DNA of 64,000 nucleotides from Obrimoposthia wandeli. Taxonomy: Eukaryota. The notes below the pieces were generated by a model. The model saw only the letters and a program-made list of their open reading frames with translations. It was not told the DNA's origin and made no database searches. The stretch covers positions 1,116,001-1,180,000 of the forward strand of contig CDROCS010000506.1 in NCBI GenBank assembly GCA_977020255.1, written 5' to 3'. Below, one piece after another: positions 52,103 to 61,547 of this stretch; the stretch's first letter is position 1; every line of letters begins with the position of its first letter. The translations under genes and the position numbers were made by a program.

Positions 52103-52198
52103 ATACCCAAGCTACTTCAAGATACGCAGTAAGTCAGACGAGCGCGATTACACAACAACGTAACGTTTGGTCTGCTCTTTAGCGTATTGTAAAATAAC
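52103..52198. repeat. Degenerate ERIC/MITE-like long hairpin
   Basis: ATACCCAAGCTACTTCAAGAT left end; nested pairings ATACGC/GCGTAT and CAGAC/GTCTG. Confidence 0.55.
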
Positions 52199-52212
52199 AC
52201 CAAGGTTTATTA

Positions 52213-52626
52213 ATGCTCGTAATCTCTAGCAATGTATCAATTCCTGATTCAGAAATTGATATTCAAGCCATTCGCGCACAAGGTGCCGGTGGCCAAAACG
52301 TCAATAAAGTATCAACCGCGATCCATTTACGCTTTGATATCAAGGCTTCGTCATTACCTGAATTTTATAAAGAAAGGTTGTTGGCATTACGTGATCACCG
52401 CATCACCAAAGATGGCGTAATCATTATTAAAAGTCAGGAATCTCGTAGTCAAGATTTTAACAAGCAGGTCGCGTTTGAACGCTTAGTTGAATTGATTAAA
52501 CAGGCGACAGTGATCCAAAAGGCCCGTCGCGAAACCAAGCCAAGTCGTAATGCCAAAAAGAAACGTATGGACACTAAGACTCAGCGTGGCAAGACCAAAA
52601 ACATGCGCGGTAAAGTAAGTATTTAA
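52213..52626 (+). CDS. arfB: Ribosome rescue peptidyl-tRNA hydrolase
   Basis: [12 protein letters not shown] (GGQ); basic C-terminal tail. Confidence 0.96.
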   Translation: MLVISSNVSIPDSEIDIQAIRAQGAGGQNVNKVSTAIHLRFDIKASSLPEFYKERLLALRDHRITKDGVIIIKSQESRSQDFNKQVAFERLVELIKQATVIQKARRETKPSRNAKKKRMDTKTQRGKTKNMRGKVSI

Positions 52627-54071
52627 CTTTGCTTCCAAGCCGCATGGTAATTACTTAACGCCAGTTTGAATGCCGCTTGTTTCTTTTCCCCAATCGCTGT
52701 TGCAATGGGAATGTCGGCCGTCATGGCATTCACTGCTCGGCCACGTAAATGTAGCTCATAATGCAGATGAGCCCCGGTAGTACGCCCTGTATTACCTGAT
52801 AACGCAATTTTCTGCCCACGTTTTACGCGTTGGCCTTTTTTCACTAGCGCCTTACTCAAGTGTAAGAAACGGGTACTGTAAGTTTGGCCATTCGAGATCT
52901 CGATATACAAACCTGCATACTTATGATTAATCACACGCGATACCACACCATCGCCAGTGGCGACAACTGGAGTGCCAATCGGCGTTGCAAAGTCAGTCCC
53001 ATTATGCGGACGTAATAAACCCGTAACTGGATGTACACGTGTTGGGTTAAAGCTCGATGATATACGGTATTTACTGCTAACCGGACGACGTACAAAGGCA
53101 CGTTCAATGCTTAATCCCGCTTCATCATAATAAGTACCTTCATACAAATAAGCGCTGATATTACGGCTACGGTTATTAATACTCACCGCTTCAATACGAT
53201 TCTCACCCGTGAGTTCGTCACCAATGTATTGACGCGATACCAATACTTTAAACGTATCACCGATCTGTAAATCACGACTAAAGTTAATTTTATCTTTTAA
53301 TAAACTAGCAATAAATTGTGCTTCAAATAACGATAACCCAGCTTTTTTAGCTGAGCCTGCAAAGCTGTATTTCACCTTGCCAATATAACTGTGCTCACGC
53401 CATTCACCCTCTAGGGTTATTTGCTCGAACTCAAAACCATCATCACCCGAGCGTTTATAAACCACTTGATGCGCGAGACTGATTTTTAATTCAAGGCGTG
53501 TTAATTCACCTTCAAACTCGGTAAAGACTAACGTTTGCCCAGGTTTAATACTGTCGAGTGCCAGTACGTTTAAATCCACTTCCAGAATTTGATATAAACT
53601 CGTTTGGCTTAAATCTAACTGCTCGAAAATACCGCCTAAAGTATCACCCTTTTGAATCACGTAATGAATTGTTTTTGGATACGACTTAGCCAGTTCAGCC
53701 GCGATTGATGCTACAGCTGATTCAGTCACCGTTGCACCCTGTGCATTGGCGTCATAAAGCCGTGATGCGGGATCATAGGTAAGATCGGTTGCCGCAGGTA
53801 TCGTACTATCAACTGAAACAACAGGCGTAACAGATACAGCTTCTGATTCTGATTCTGATTCTGATTCTGATTCTTTATTCGATTTTTGATTAGATAGCAG
53901 CGCAGCACTCGTTATTTCTGGCTCCTCTGCGGTCATAGGCGCAGCCTTTATCTCAGCACTTGCTTCGACTTTATCACCCACAGGTAATAACGCAACGATG
54001 ACCAGCAATACACTGGTTAATAGCACCCACATTAGTGCTAGTTTTAATTTATTTTTTTTAATTAACGACAT
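52623..54071 (-). CDS. mepM: M23 peptidoglycan DD-endopeptidase (MepM-like)
   Basis: LysM-like KGDTLG; HNGTD (HxxxD); HLH (HxH). Confidence 0.85.
   Translation of the reverse strand: MSLIKKNKLKLALMWVLLTSVLLVIVALLPVGDKVEASAEIKAAPMTAEEPEITSAALLSNQKSNKESESESESESEAVSVTPVVSVDSTIPAATDLTYDPASRLYDANAQGATVTESAVASIAAELAKSYPKTIHYVIQKGDTLGGIFEQLDLSQTSLYQILEVDLNVLALDSIKPGQTLVFTEFEGELTRLELKISLAHQVVYKRSGDDGFEFEQITLEGEWREHSYIGKVKYSFAGSAKKAGLSLFEAQFIASLLKDKINFSRDLQIGDTFKVLVSRQYIGDELTGENRIEAVSINNRSRNISAYLYEGTYYDEAGLSIERAFVRRPVSSKYRISSSFNPTRVHPVTGLLRPHNGTDFATPIGTPVVATGDGVVSRVINHKYAGLYIEISNGQTYSTRFLHLSKALVKKGQRVKRGQKIALSGNTGRTTGAHLHYELHLRGRAVNAMTADIPIATAIGEKKQAAFKLALSNYHAAWKQS
53841..53874. repeat. (TTCTGA)5 in-frame hexamer repeat encoding ESESESESE
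   Basis: ttctgattctgattctgattctgattctgattct. Confidence 0.9.
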
Positions 54072-54207
54072 TAATGAATACCCAATACTCGTTCAAAATA
54101 GCCGTAATTAGCATAATAAGGCCGAAATGGTATACCACAATAAAACAAAGGCATAGTATAGATAGCGTAAAAGTGTGTAAATCAGTTGAAAAATTCGCAG
54201 TCGACTA

Positions 54208-54498
54208 TTAACTCACAACCACATAGCTCGGATCTATTTGGAAAATGCCCAGTACTATGAGTAGATTACCAACAACCGTTAACCAAAAAATGCGCTTGAA
54301 GCTAATTTTACTTATTTTATGCGAAAACAATTTTTGGCCGAGCAGCGCGCCAGGCCAACCGCCTAACAATGCCAGTAAGTGTAATGTTCGCTCAGGCGTG
54401 CGCCATGCTTGGCGTTTAGCTGCCCATTTATCTTTACCATATACCAACAGCGTGATGATGCTCAATACTACATAGCTGTAACCTAGCCATACCAACAT
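54208..54498 (-). CDS. DUF1294 family membrane protein
   Basis: YGKDKWAAKRQAWRTPERTLHLLALLGGWPG. Confidence 0.88.
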   Translation of the reverse strand: MLVWLGYSYVVLSIITLLVYGKDKWAAKRQAWRTPERTLHLLALLGGWPGALLGQKLFSHKISKISFKRIFWLTVVGNLLIVLGIFQIDPSYVVVS

Positions 54499-54673
54499 GT
54501 CATTATCCCCTTAAGTTCAAACTAGCTCTGAAGTCGATACCATTTCAAATATAAAAATCGCAGATACAAAAACGGCAAGCGCGATGCTTGCCGTATTAAT
54601 CTACCTAATTATAACCTGCTCTACCAGTCTGTTTAACACAATAGTCGTTTTCAACGTTAGTAAGCAGTAGCGT

Positions 54674-55624
54674 TTACCACTGATCGGCAGCCCACTGTGC
54701 TAACTCGTCAGCATCCATAAAGCTCCATGCTAATATACGGCTGACTTTTTGGCCTTGTGACATAGGTATCACGCGGATTTGTTTTACACCTAGCGTATTT
54801 AAATATTCTTCAAGTTCTTCGATATGTTCGCCCTTTGAGATAAGGCTGGTAAACCAACATACTTGCTCAGTAAAGTCTTTGCTCTCTTTAGCCATGTCTT
54901 TCACAAAGCGAAGTTCGCCACCTTCACACCAAAGTTCTGTGTGTTGACCACCAAAGTTCAACTTAGTGGTATTGGTTGGCGCTGCTTTACCTTTGTGTAA
55001 ATTGATAATTTTACGTTCAGTGCCTGCGGCAGCGGCTTCCATTGATGCATGGAACGGAGGGTTACACACAGTTACTGAATATCTATCACCATGCTTAATC
55101 ACACCTTTGAACATACTGCCTGGTGTTTTTTTCAAGACGATTTTAATGGCTTTGTTTAGACCTGGATTCGCTTGTACGATAACGTTAGCGGTTTTTGCAG
55201 CCACTTTATCAACATCAGTACCAACAAAACCCCAGCCATAGCTGCGATGACCAAGAATAGGGTAAATACAGTTAGCGCCTGTCCCTATGTCTAATGCTTT
55301 CACACGTTTACCAGTCGGCACTTCGCCATTATTCATTTCTGCCAACAAGTCAGCAATATAGTGAATATAATCAGCACGACCTGGAATAGGTGGACATAAG
55401 TAGCCCGCAGGGATCTGCCAATTCGGTACTTGGTAAAAATGTGCTAATAAGGCAGCGTTCAAACATACAACGGCTTTATCATCACTAAAATCAACCGTTT
55501 CTTCTCCACTCGGATTTTGCGTTATGTGCGTTTGTAACGCTGGGTATGTTTTAACTAAGGCAGTTAAATCATAACGTCCCTGATGTGGATTACGGGGATG
55601 CAATGTGGCAATTTTTTTAGTCAT
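54674..55624 (-). CDS. rlmF: 23S rRNA m6A1618 methyltransferase
   Basis: LHPRNPH; LCPPIPGRADYIH; LDIGTGANCIYP; CNPPFH. Confidence 0.96.
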   Translation of the reverse strand: MTKKIATLHPRNPHQGRYDLTALVKTYPALQTHITQNPSGEETVDFSDDKAVVCLNAALLAHFYQVPNWQIPAGYLCPPIPGRADYIHYIADLLAEMNNGEVPTGKRVKALDIGTGANCIYPILGHRSYGWGFVGTDVDKVAAKTANVIVQANPGLNKAIKIVLKKTPGSMFKGVIKHGDRYSVTVCNPPFHASMEAAAAGTERKIINLHKGKAAPTNTTKLNFGGQHTELWCEGGELRFVKDMAKESKDFTEQVCWFTSLISKGEHIEELEEYLNTLGVKQIRVIPMSQGQKVSRILAWSFMDADELAQWAADQW

Positions 55625-55699
55625 GATAAATCTTCTTTTATTTTGCTGGAACGAACACGGGCGGATAATAGCAGATTCCGATTCATTATGGCTGCTTTC

Positions 55700-58222
55700 C
55701 TACATATGTTTTTTAACCCGGCGGGTCGGCATCGCTTCCAGTGGATTATCTGGCCAATAATGTTTCGGATAACGCCCCTTCATTTCTTTTTTGACGTCGT
55801 TATAACTGCCACTCCAAAAACCGAGTAAATCTTGGGTGATTTGCAGCGGACGTTGAGCTGGTGACAATAATTCAATCACAATTGGCACCCGACCATTAGC
55901 CACTGCCGGTTTATTCGCTTGGCCAAACATCTCTTGAATACGCACAGGTAAACTCGGGGCATTGTTATCGTTGTAACGTAATTTAATTTTTGAGCCTGTC
56001 GGCACAGTAAAGTGAGTTGGTAGTTCTTTATCCAAACGCTGTTGTAGTGACCATTCTAATCGTGATAATAACGCATCCGTTAACGGTATTTTTTTCATCT
56101 GCGCAGGTCCAGTAACGCCCGTTAAGTACGGCAACAACCAGTTTTCTAGATCGGCAATCAAAGCCGCTTCACTGTAATCAACAAAACCCAATTCAGGTAG
56201 CCATTGATGTGCGCAACGTAAACGCGTGAGTAAGGCTTTATTTTGCTCGTTCCACGGCAATACCGACAAACCCGCTTTGCGAATACCAGCCAGTACGGCG
56301 GTTTGCTTTTGCGCTGGGGTAATGTCCGTTAATACTTTACGGGATAACACTAACTTGCCTAAACATTGGCGCTGCTCCGCAATTAATTTCTGCGCTTTTA
56401 AATCCCATTGCACAAACGCCTGCTGGCTAAACAGTTGCGGTAACCAAGTTTGTAATTCGACGAGATCGATGGCACAGGCGTTATACACCATGGCATCGGC
56501 GCCTTGCTCGGTTAAGGATAAGTCCGCCACCACCATTAACTCTGCGCTAGTTAGGCTGGCGTCATTCATCAATTTAACCCCAAGGCCGTTACTTAACATA
56601 TACAGCACATCTTGACCGTGACCAGCTTGACCACGTCCGGTGTTATCACGACGCTGGGCGATACGGTCAGGATACGCTAACGCTAATAACAGGCCGGTAT
56701 AGGCATTAGTGTCTGCGCTATTATTGCTAGTATGGCTGCTACTTTTTATAAAACTAAAACGCTGAGCCCATTGCTGTGCTTGACGTTGTGCTTGTTTAAA
56801 CTGTCCCGCAGCCATTTGTTGCAACGCAAAATCTAAATCAAGCGGTAAGCGTTCACTGCCTTCCAATAAGGCAATCAAACGGCAAGCTAACCAGCTAATC
56901 CCCGGTAATTCCGCTTCCCACGTTTGCGCCGTTAATAACATATGCGCTAACCGTGGCGACATGCCGAATGCCGCTAATGCTTGACCATGTTTACTGCAAT
57001 GTCCTGATTCCAACGCACCTAAATCCGTTAACAAACCTTCCGCATAGTCGACATTTGCCTGTGAAGGTTGATCTAACAATGCCAATTCAGCAAAGCCATT
57101 AACGCCCCATACTTTTAGCTCTAAACACGTTGAGGTTAAATCCGCCGCTAGAATTTCAGGTTCGATTTGTGCTTCTAAACGGCTGTGATCTTCTTCACGC
57201 CATAACCGATAACAATGTCCAACTTGTAGTCGCCCTGCTCGTCCAGCACGCTGAGTAGCTGACGCTTGGCTAATACGCTTTGTTTGCAAACGACTGACAC
57301 CAGAGCGTGGCGAGAAACTAACTTTACGCTCAAGGCCAGAATCAATCACCACCGAAATACCTTCAATAGTTAAAGATGTTTCCGCAATATTGGTCGCCAA
57401 TACAACTTTACGTTGCCCTGCGGCCAAGGGATTAATAGCCGCCTGTTGCTGTTGTTGCGTCAATTGACCATATAACGGCAACACATGCAGACGCGCATTA
57501 ACCAGTTCTTGTAACTGTTGCTGACAACGTTTAATTTCACTCACGCCAGGTAAAAACACTAAAATATTACCGTCTTGCTGCTGCAATGCTAATTTAACGG
57601 TTGCCGCAATCGCGCCCGGTAATGCTTGTTTAATGGTACTGCGCTTTAAATCCACCGGGTGATAACTATACGTCACCGGAAAACAGCGGCCTTCCGCCGT
57701 CAACAATTGTGCATCAGGTAGCATTTTTTGCAAGCCAGCACTGTCGAGTGTGGCAGACATGACTAATAATTTTAAATCATCGCGCAGACCTTGCTGTACT
57801 TCTAATGCAAACGCTAAACCGATATCGGCATTCAATGAGCGTTCATGAAATTCGTCAAAAATAATTAAATCGTAATCGCTGAGTTCCGGATCTTGCTGGA
57901 TCATCCGCGTTAAGATCCCTTCCGTCACCACTTCCAAGCGCGTGGCTTTCGATACCTTGGTATCGCCACGCATACGATAACCGACATCTTCACCGACTTT
58001 TTGTTGTAACTGCGAAGCCATATACGTGGCAATATTACGCGCGGCAAGACGACGAGGCTCAAGCATCAGAATGCGACCACTAAAGAGTTTTTCTTGCAAT
58101 AATTTTAACGGTAATAGCGTTGACTTACCCGCCCCTGGTGGTGCTTGCAAGATAACTTGATTGGATGATGTCAAAGCCGTAAATAAATCGGCTAATACAG
58201 AAGTGATCGGTAACGCTGCCAC
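55700..58222 (-). CDS. hrpB: ATP-dependent helicase HrpB
   Basis: APPGAGKST; DEFH; SAT; QRAGRAGR; ELLSPAQRP; YPKHYWP. Confidence 0.97.
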   Translation of the reverse strand: MAALPITSVLADLFTALTSSNQVILQAPPGAGKSTLLPLKLLQEKLFSGRILMLEPRRLAARNIATYMASQLQQKVGEDVGYRMRGDTKVSKATRLEVVTEGILTRMIQQDPELSDYDLIIFDEFHERSLNADIGLAFALEVQQGLRDDLKLLVMSATLDSAGLQKMLPDAQLLTAEGRCFPVTYSYHPVDLKRSTIKQALPGAIAATVKLALQQQDGNILVFLPGVSEIKRCQQQLQELVNARLHVLPLYGQLTQQQQQAAINPLAAGQRKVVLATNIAETSLTIEGISVVIDSGLERKVSFSPRSGVSRLQTKRISQASATQRAGRAGRLQVGHCYRLWREEDHSRLEAQIEPEILAADLTSTCLELKVWGVNGFAELALLDQPSQANVDYAEGLLTDLGALESGHCSKHGQALAAFGMSPRLAHMLLTAQTWEAELPGISWLACRLIALLEGSERLPLDLDFALQQMAAGQFKQAQRQAQQWAQRFSFIKSSSHTSNNSADTNAYTGLLLALAYPDRIAQRRDNTGRGQAGHGQDVLYMLSNGLGVKLMNDASLTSAELMVVADLSLTEQGADAMVYNACAIDLVELQTWLPQLFSQQAFVQWDLKAQKLIAEQRQCLGKLVLSRKVLTDITPAQKQTAVLAGIRKAGLSVLPWNEQNKALLTRLRCAHQWLPELGFVDYSEAALIADLENWLLPYLTGVTGPAQMKKIPLTDALLSRLEWSLQQRLDKELPTHFTVPTGSKIKLRYNDNNAPSLPVRIQEMFGQANKPAVANGRVPIVIELLSPAQRPLQITQDLLGFWSGSYNDVKKEMKGRYPKHYWPDNPLEAMPTRRVKKHM

Positions 58223-58335
58223 AAAGGCCTCTCTGGATAAAATAAATTAATCAGTAATCGACCTATTTTACCCTAAAAACACCATCCATTAAATTTAAGT
58301 CTATTATTTATAAGGAATAGCAAAAGGAACTTACT

Positions 58336-59595
58336 ATGCGCCTACCGATGCCAATTGTTTTATCTTTATTACTGATGTTCAGTTATAACCACTCAGCGTT
58401 TGCCCATATCGGCTTTTGGTCAAAAACCTATACCATTACCCACCAGCTAACCAATGGTGAAAGTATTGCCAGTGCCAAGCAAATAATGCTGGAAAAAGCA
58501 CGGATCAAAGCCAGTTTTGATGTGCGTGATTATCAATTAATGAACAAGCCGGTAAATCTCACCAACTACAAACAATATGTGCCGATTATTCAAGCCGCCT
58601 ATATCCAAATCACCCCGCAGAGCGAGCCACAAACCATCAAAGATAAAGATGTCTATAAAGACAAAGTCTTTGTGGTGCAGCAAATACGAGCGACTTTTGA
58701 CGAACATTATATTGGCGAGAGCCTAGCGATATTACGTAATAACCTCAGCATCGAAAAAAGCCTGATCACGCTGGATAATGAATTCGATAACAATTTGAAA
58801 AATCTCGGTGAGATAAAATTAGCGATTGCCGAACAACAAATTTCAACGCAGCAAAGCGCGCGTTTAATTCGCCAACAAGATCATGAAGTCATGCAGCTAA
58901 CCTCGGTGCTTGATGATGTGAAACGCTTGTTCTCAGCACATGGCCGCAACCCGCAATTCAACCTCGCGCAATTATTAAAAGTACGCAGTAGTATTAATAA
59001 TGAAGTTATCGAACCCATTCTTAATACTAAAGTACAAACCCGTATCACCAATGTCGAAGAACTCAGCAATGGCGACGTCAAAGTACAAGTGCAAGTGGGT
59101 TGGACACTGCCGATACATCATATGCGTATCTTACATAAGTACGTCCGCGCTGCCGATGTCACAGCGCCTGGAGGCAGCTCGACGTATTTAAAGCTATCGC
59201 GGTTTTATAACGAAAAAGAACGTGCCCCATCGGCGCTTTCAGCTAATATTTATCATTACCTTGCCAGTCAGAAAATTTACTTTGATGTCTCTATCGGCAG
59301 CCAACATCAACGATTAGCGGTATTGTACCCGAACGGCGGTGACGTCATGAACAATTGTAATAACCCGCTAGCCCGTGATGCCGACAGTCCCGATAAAACC
59401 TCTGTGTGTATCGTTGAGCAAGTATTTAACGACCAGCAGATTTTATCGCAACCCAATATTGCTAACCCTCTTACATTCACACTCAATGCCAATGAAATTG
59501 ATGGTCAGCTTAGCGTGAATGTAAAACAAGTATGGCAAAAAGCGGGCGATGAGGAAGATAAACAATGGCGCCGAGACTTATCTAAATTCAAATAA
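58336..59595 (+). CDS. Exported hypothetical protein
   Basis: 419-aa ORF with signal peptide (AFA) and a central coiled coil; AAGGA RBS. Confidence 0.75.
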   Translation: MRLPMPIVLSLLLMFSYNHSAFAHIGFWSKTYTITHQLTNGESIASAKQIMLEKARIKASFDVRDYQLMNKPVNLTNYKQYVPIIQAAYIQITPQSEPQTIKDKDVYKDKVFVVQQIRATFDEHYIGESLAILRNNLSIEKSLITLDNEFDNNLKNLGEIKLAIAEQQISTQQSARLIRQQDHEVMQLTSVLDDVKRLFSAHGRNPQFNLAQLLKVRSSINNEVIEPILNTKVQTRITNVEELSNGDVKVQVQVGWTLPIHHMRILHKYVRAADVTAPGGSSTYLKLSRFYNEKERAPSALSANIYHYLASQKIYFDVSIGSQHQRLAVLYPNGGDVMNNCNNPLARDADSPDKTSVCIVEQVFNDQQILSQPNIANPLTFTLNANEIDGQLSVNVKQVWQKAGDEEDKQWRRDLSKFK

Positions 59596-59598
59596 TTG

Positions 59599-60633
59599 TT
59601 AAAACATAACTAACCGTTGTAATAGCCAAAAACTAGCGGTGCAACCAATCACATAAGCAGGGATTTGAGCTGTCCAATTGGGCAGCTTAGTGAATCTATT
59701 TTTACAGCGCGACATCAGCGTCAGCACAACCAGCACAAACGTTAATTGCCCCAATTCGACACCAACGTTGAATGAGAATAGTGCCATAAACACTTCATTC
59801 TCAGGAACGCCAATGTCACTCAATGCACTGGCAAAGCCCATACCGTGCAATAAACCAAAAATAAAAGCCACTAACCAAGGATATTGAGCCGTTGTGCTTG
59901 GTTTGCCACGGTGCACGATGATAATTTCTTTGGCTAAAAAAATAATGGATAACGCAATGACAGCTTCTACGGGGGGACCAGGAAAATACAACCAATCGAG
60001 TGTTACCGCGGCCAATGTAATACTGTGGGCTAATGTAAAACAGGTAATCGTCCAAATTAGTTTTTTTCTACTCACCACAAGAAGAATCAGAGCAAATACA
60101 AATAATAGGTGATCTAGACCAGCTAAAATATGCTCAAACCCTAATGTGACATAACTAACAAACACCCCGTTCGTGGCAATATTTTGATTTTCGGGTACGG
60201 TAAAAAATGGCTCATCCGAATTCAAGATTTTAGTTAATGTATTACTGTTTTTTTGGTTGCTTTGGTTATTGTTACTATTGCTATTATTAGTATAAGTACC
60301 ATTAGTCAGCACTCTGAAAATAACTTCATAACCCGAGCCTTTTAAACCCTCAATGCTGACGGTAAGACCTGAAAGGTTATTTTCACGAGAAATCAACCAA
60401 GATTGAACATAGGCACCATCAACAGAATGCGATCTTTTAGGTAAATATTCCTGCGTTAAAGCATCAAATTTTACATTCAGTTGCGGAAGTTGACGATTTT
60501 TTATCGGTACTTTCCAGGTCACTTTAAATTGATTATCAATCAAAGGTTGTAGCGTAAGGGATGCTGGGCGAAAATCATCTGCAACCCCATAGGCGCTAAA
60601 AAACAGGGTGAGTAACACCAATAATTTTTTCAC
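59599..60633 (-). CDS. HupE/UreJ-family membrane protein with a periplasmic N-domain
   Basis: LGFEHILAGLDHLLFV; FTLAHSITL; FGLLHGMGFA; FNVGVELGQ. Confidence 0.88.
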   Translation of the reverse strand: MKKLLVLLTLFFSAYGVADDFRPASLTLQPLIDNQFKVTWKVPIKNRQLPQLNVKFDALTQEYLPKRSHSVDGAYVQSWLISRENNLSGLTVSIEGLKGSGYEVIFRVLTNGTYTNNSNSNNNQSNQKNSNTLTKILNSDEPFFTVPENQNIATNGVFVSYVTLGFEHILAGLDHLLFVFALILLVVSRKKLIWTITCFTLAHSITLAAVTLDWLYFPGPPVEAVIALSIIFLAKEIIIVHRGKPSTTAQYPWLVAFIFGLLHGMGFASALSDIGVPENEVFMALFSFNVGVELGQLTFVLVVLTLMSRCKNRFTKLPNWTAQIPAYVIGCTASFWLLQRLVMF

Positions 60634-61469
60634 TACGAGGCCTTGTCTGACTTAGGCTTACGGATATCAATGTCGTAACGCCTCATCAGTTCTTCTTCAT
60701 AAATCTGTTTAAATTTCTTTCTGCGCTGATATTGCCAATCGTCTACTAACTCTGCTTTTATACTCAAGAATGGTTTTGGCGTGGCTTCTATTTTTTCTGT
60801 TATATATACGAAATGCTTACCTAAGCCTGAATCAATAGGGCTTGACCAAGTTTTAACCGCAAGTTCTTTTAGCTTAAGCATAAAAAACTGACCAAATTTG
60901 TGTTCAATTTGTTGGCTAGATTGCAGAGATATTTGCTGAGGCAGCATGCTGGTATCAGCAAAAGGCGTTTGCCCCTCTTCAATAAGTCGCCACAGGTCAT
61001 CAATATACTTATTTAATAGCGCTTTAGGTCGATCGGTTGATACATAAATTTGAGTAAAACTATACGTGACAGGTGATTTATATTGCTCGATATTCTCTTG
61101 GTAAAAACGATTTAGTTCAGCAGAGCTTGGCTCTTGAATCGATGCCATTTCATCTAATAGATATTCCATTTTTTGACGTAATCGTCGTTCAATTATTTTA
61201 TCACCTTGATGTAAGCCTAATTCACGCGCTTCTCTTAAATAAATTTCATTAAGGGCAAAGCTTTCAATGGCAATATCAATTTCTTTGGCAACAGGTAATC
61301 GACTTTTTGAATTCAGAATTTCATTGGTTAATTGTTCAATTCGACTTTCACTGATCAATATTTTATGGGTATTTATCGATTCTTTATTGAGGGCGTCATA
61401 AATAAAAAAAATGATACTGGCAATAATAACAAAATGGATGAGTGGTTCTTGAATAAGCTTTTTTAGCAT
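60633..61469 (-). CDS. PpiC-type peptidyl-prolyl isomerase-like membrane-anchored protein
   Basis: LIQEPLIHF; YLREARELGLHQGDKIIERRLRQKM; WSSPIDSGLGKH. Confidence 0.75.
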   Translation of the reverse strand: MLKKLIQEPLIHFVIIASIIFFIYDALNKESINTHKILISESRIEQLTNEILNSKSRLPVAKEIDIAIESFALNEIYLREARELGLHQGDKIIERRLRQKMEYLLDEMASIQEPSSAELNRFYQENIEQYKSPVTYSFTQIYVSTDRPKALLNKYIDDLWRLIEEGQTPFADTSMLPQQISLQSSQQIEHKFGQFFMLKLKELAVKTWSSPIDSGLGKHFVYITEKIEATPKPFLSIKAELVDDWQYQRRKKFKQIYEEELMRRYDIDIRKPKSDKAS

Positions 61470-61547
61470 AACGTCCTTACTTTTATTTTTATATGCGGAT
61501 GAGGGAGCAACTAAGCGCCCTCATTTTTATGCATTAAATTGTCTTAT

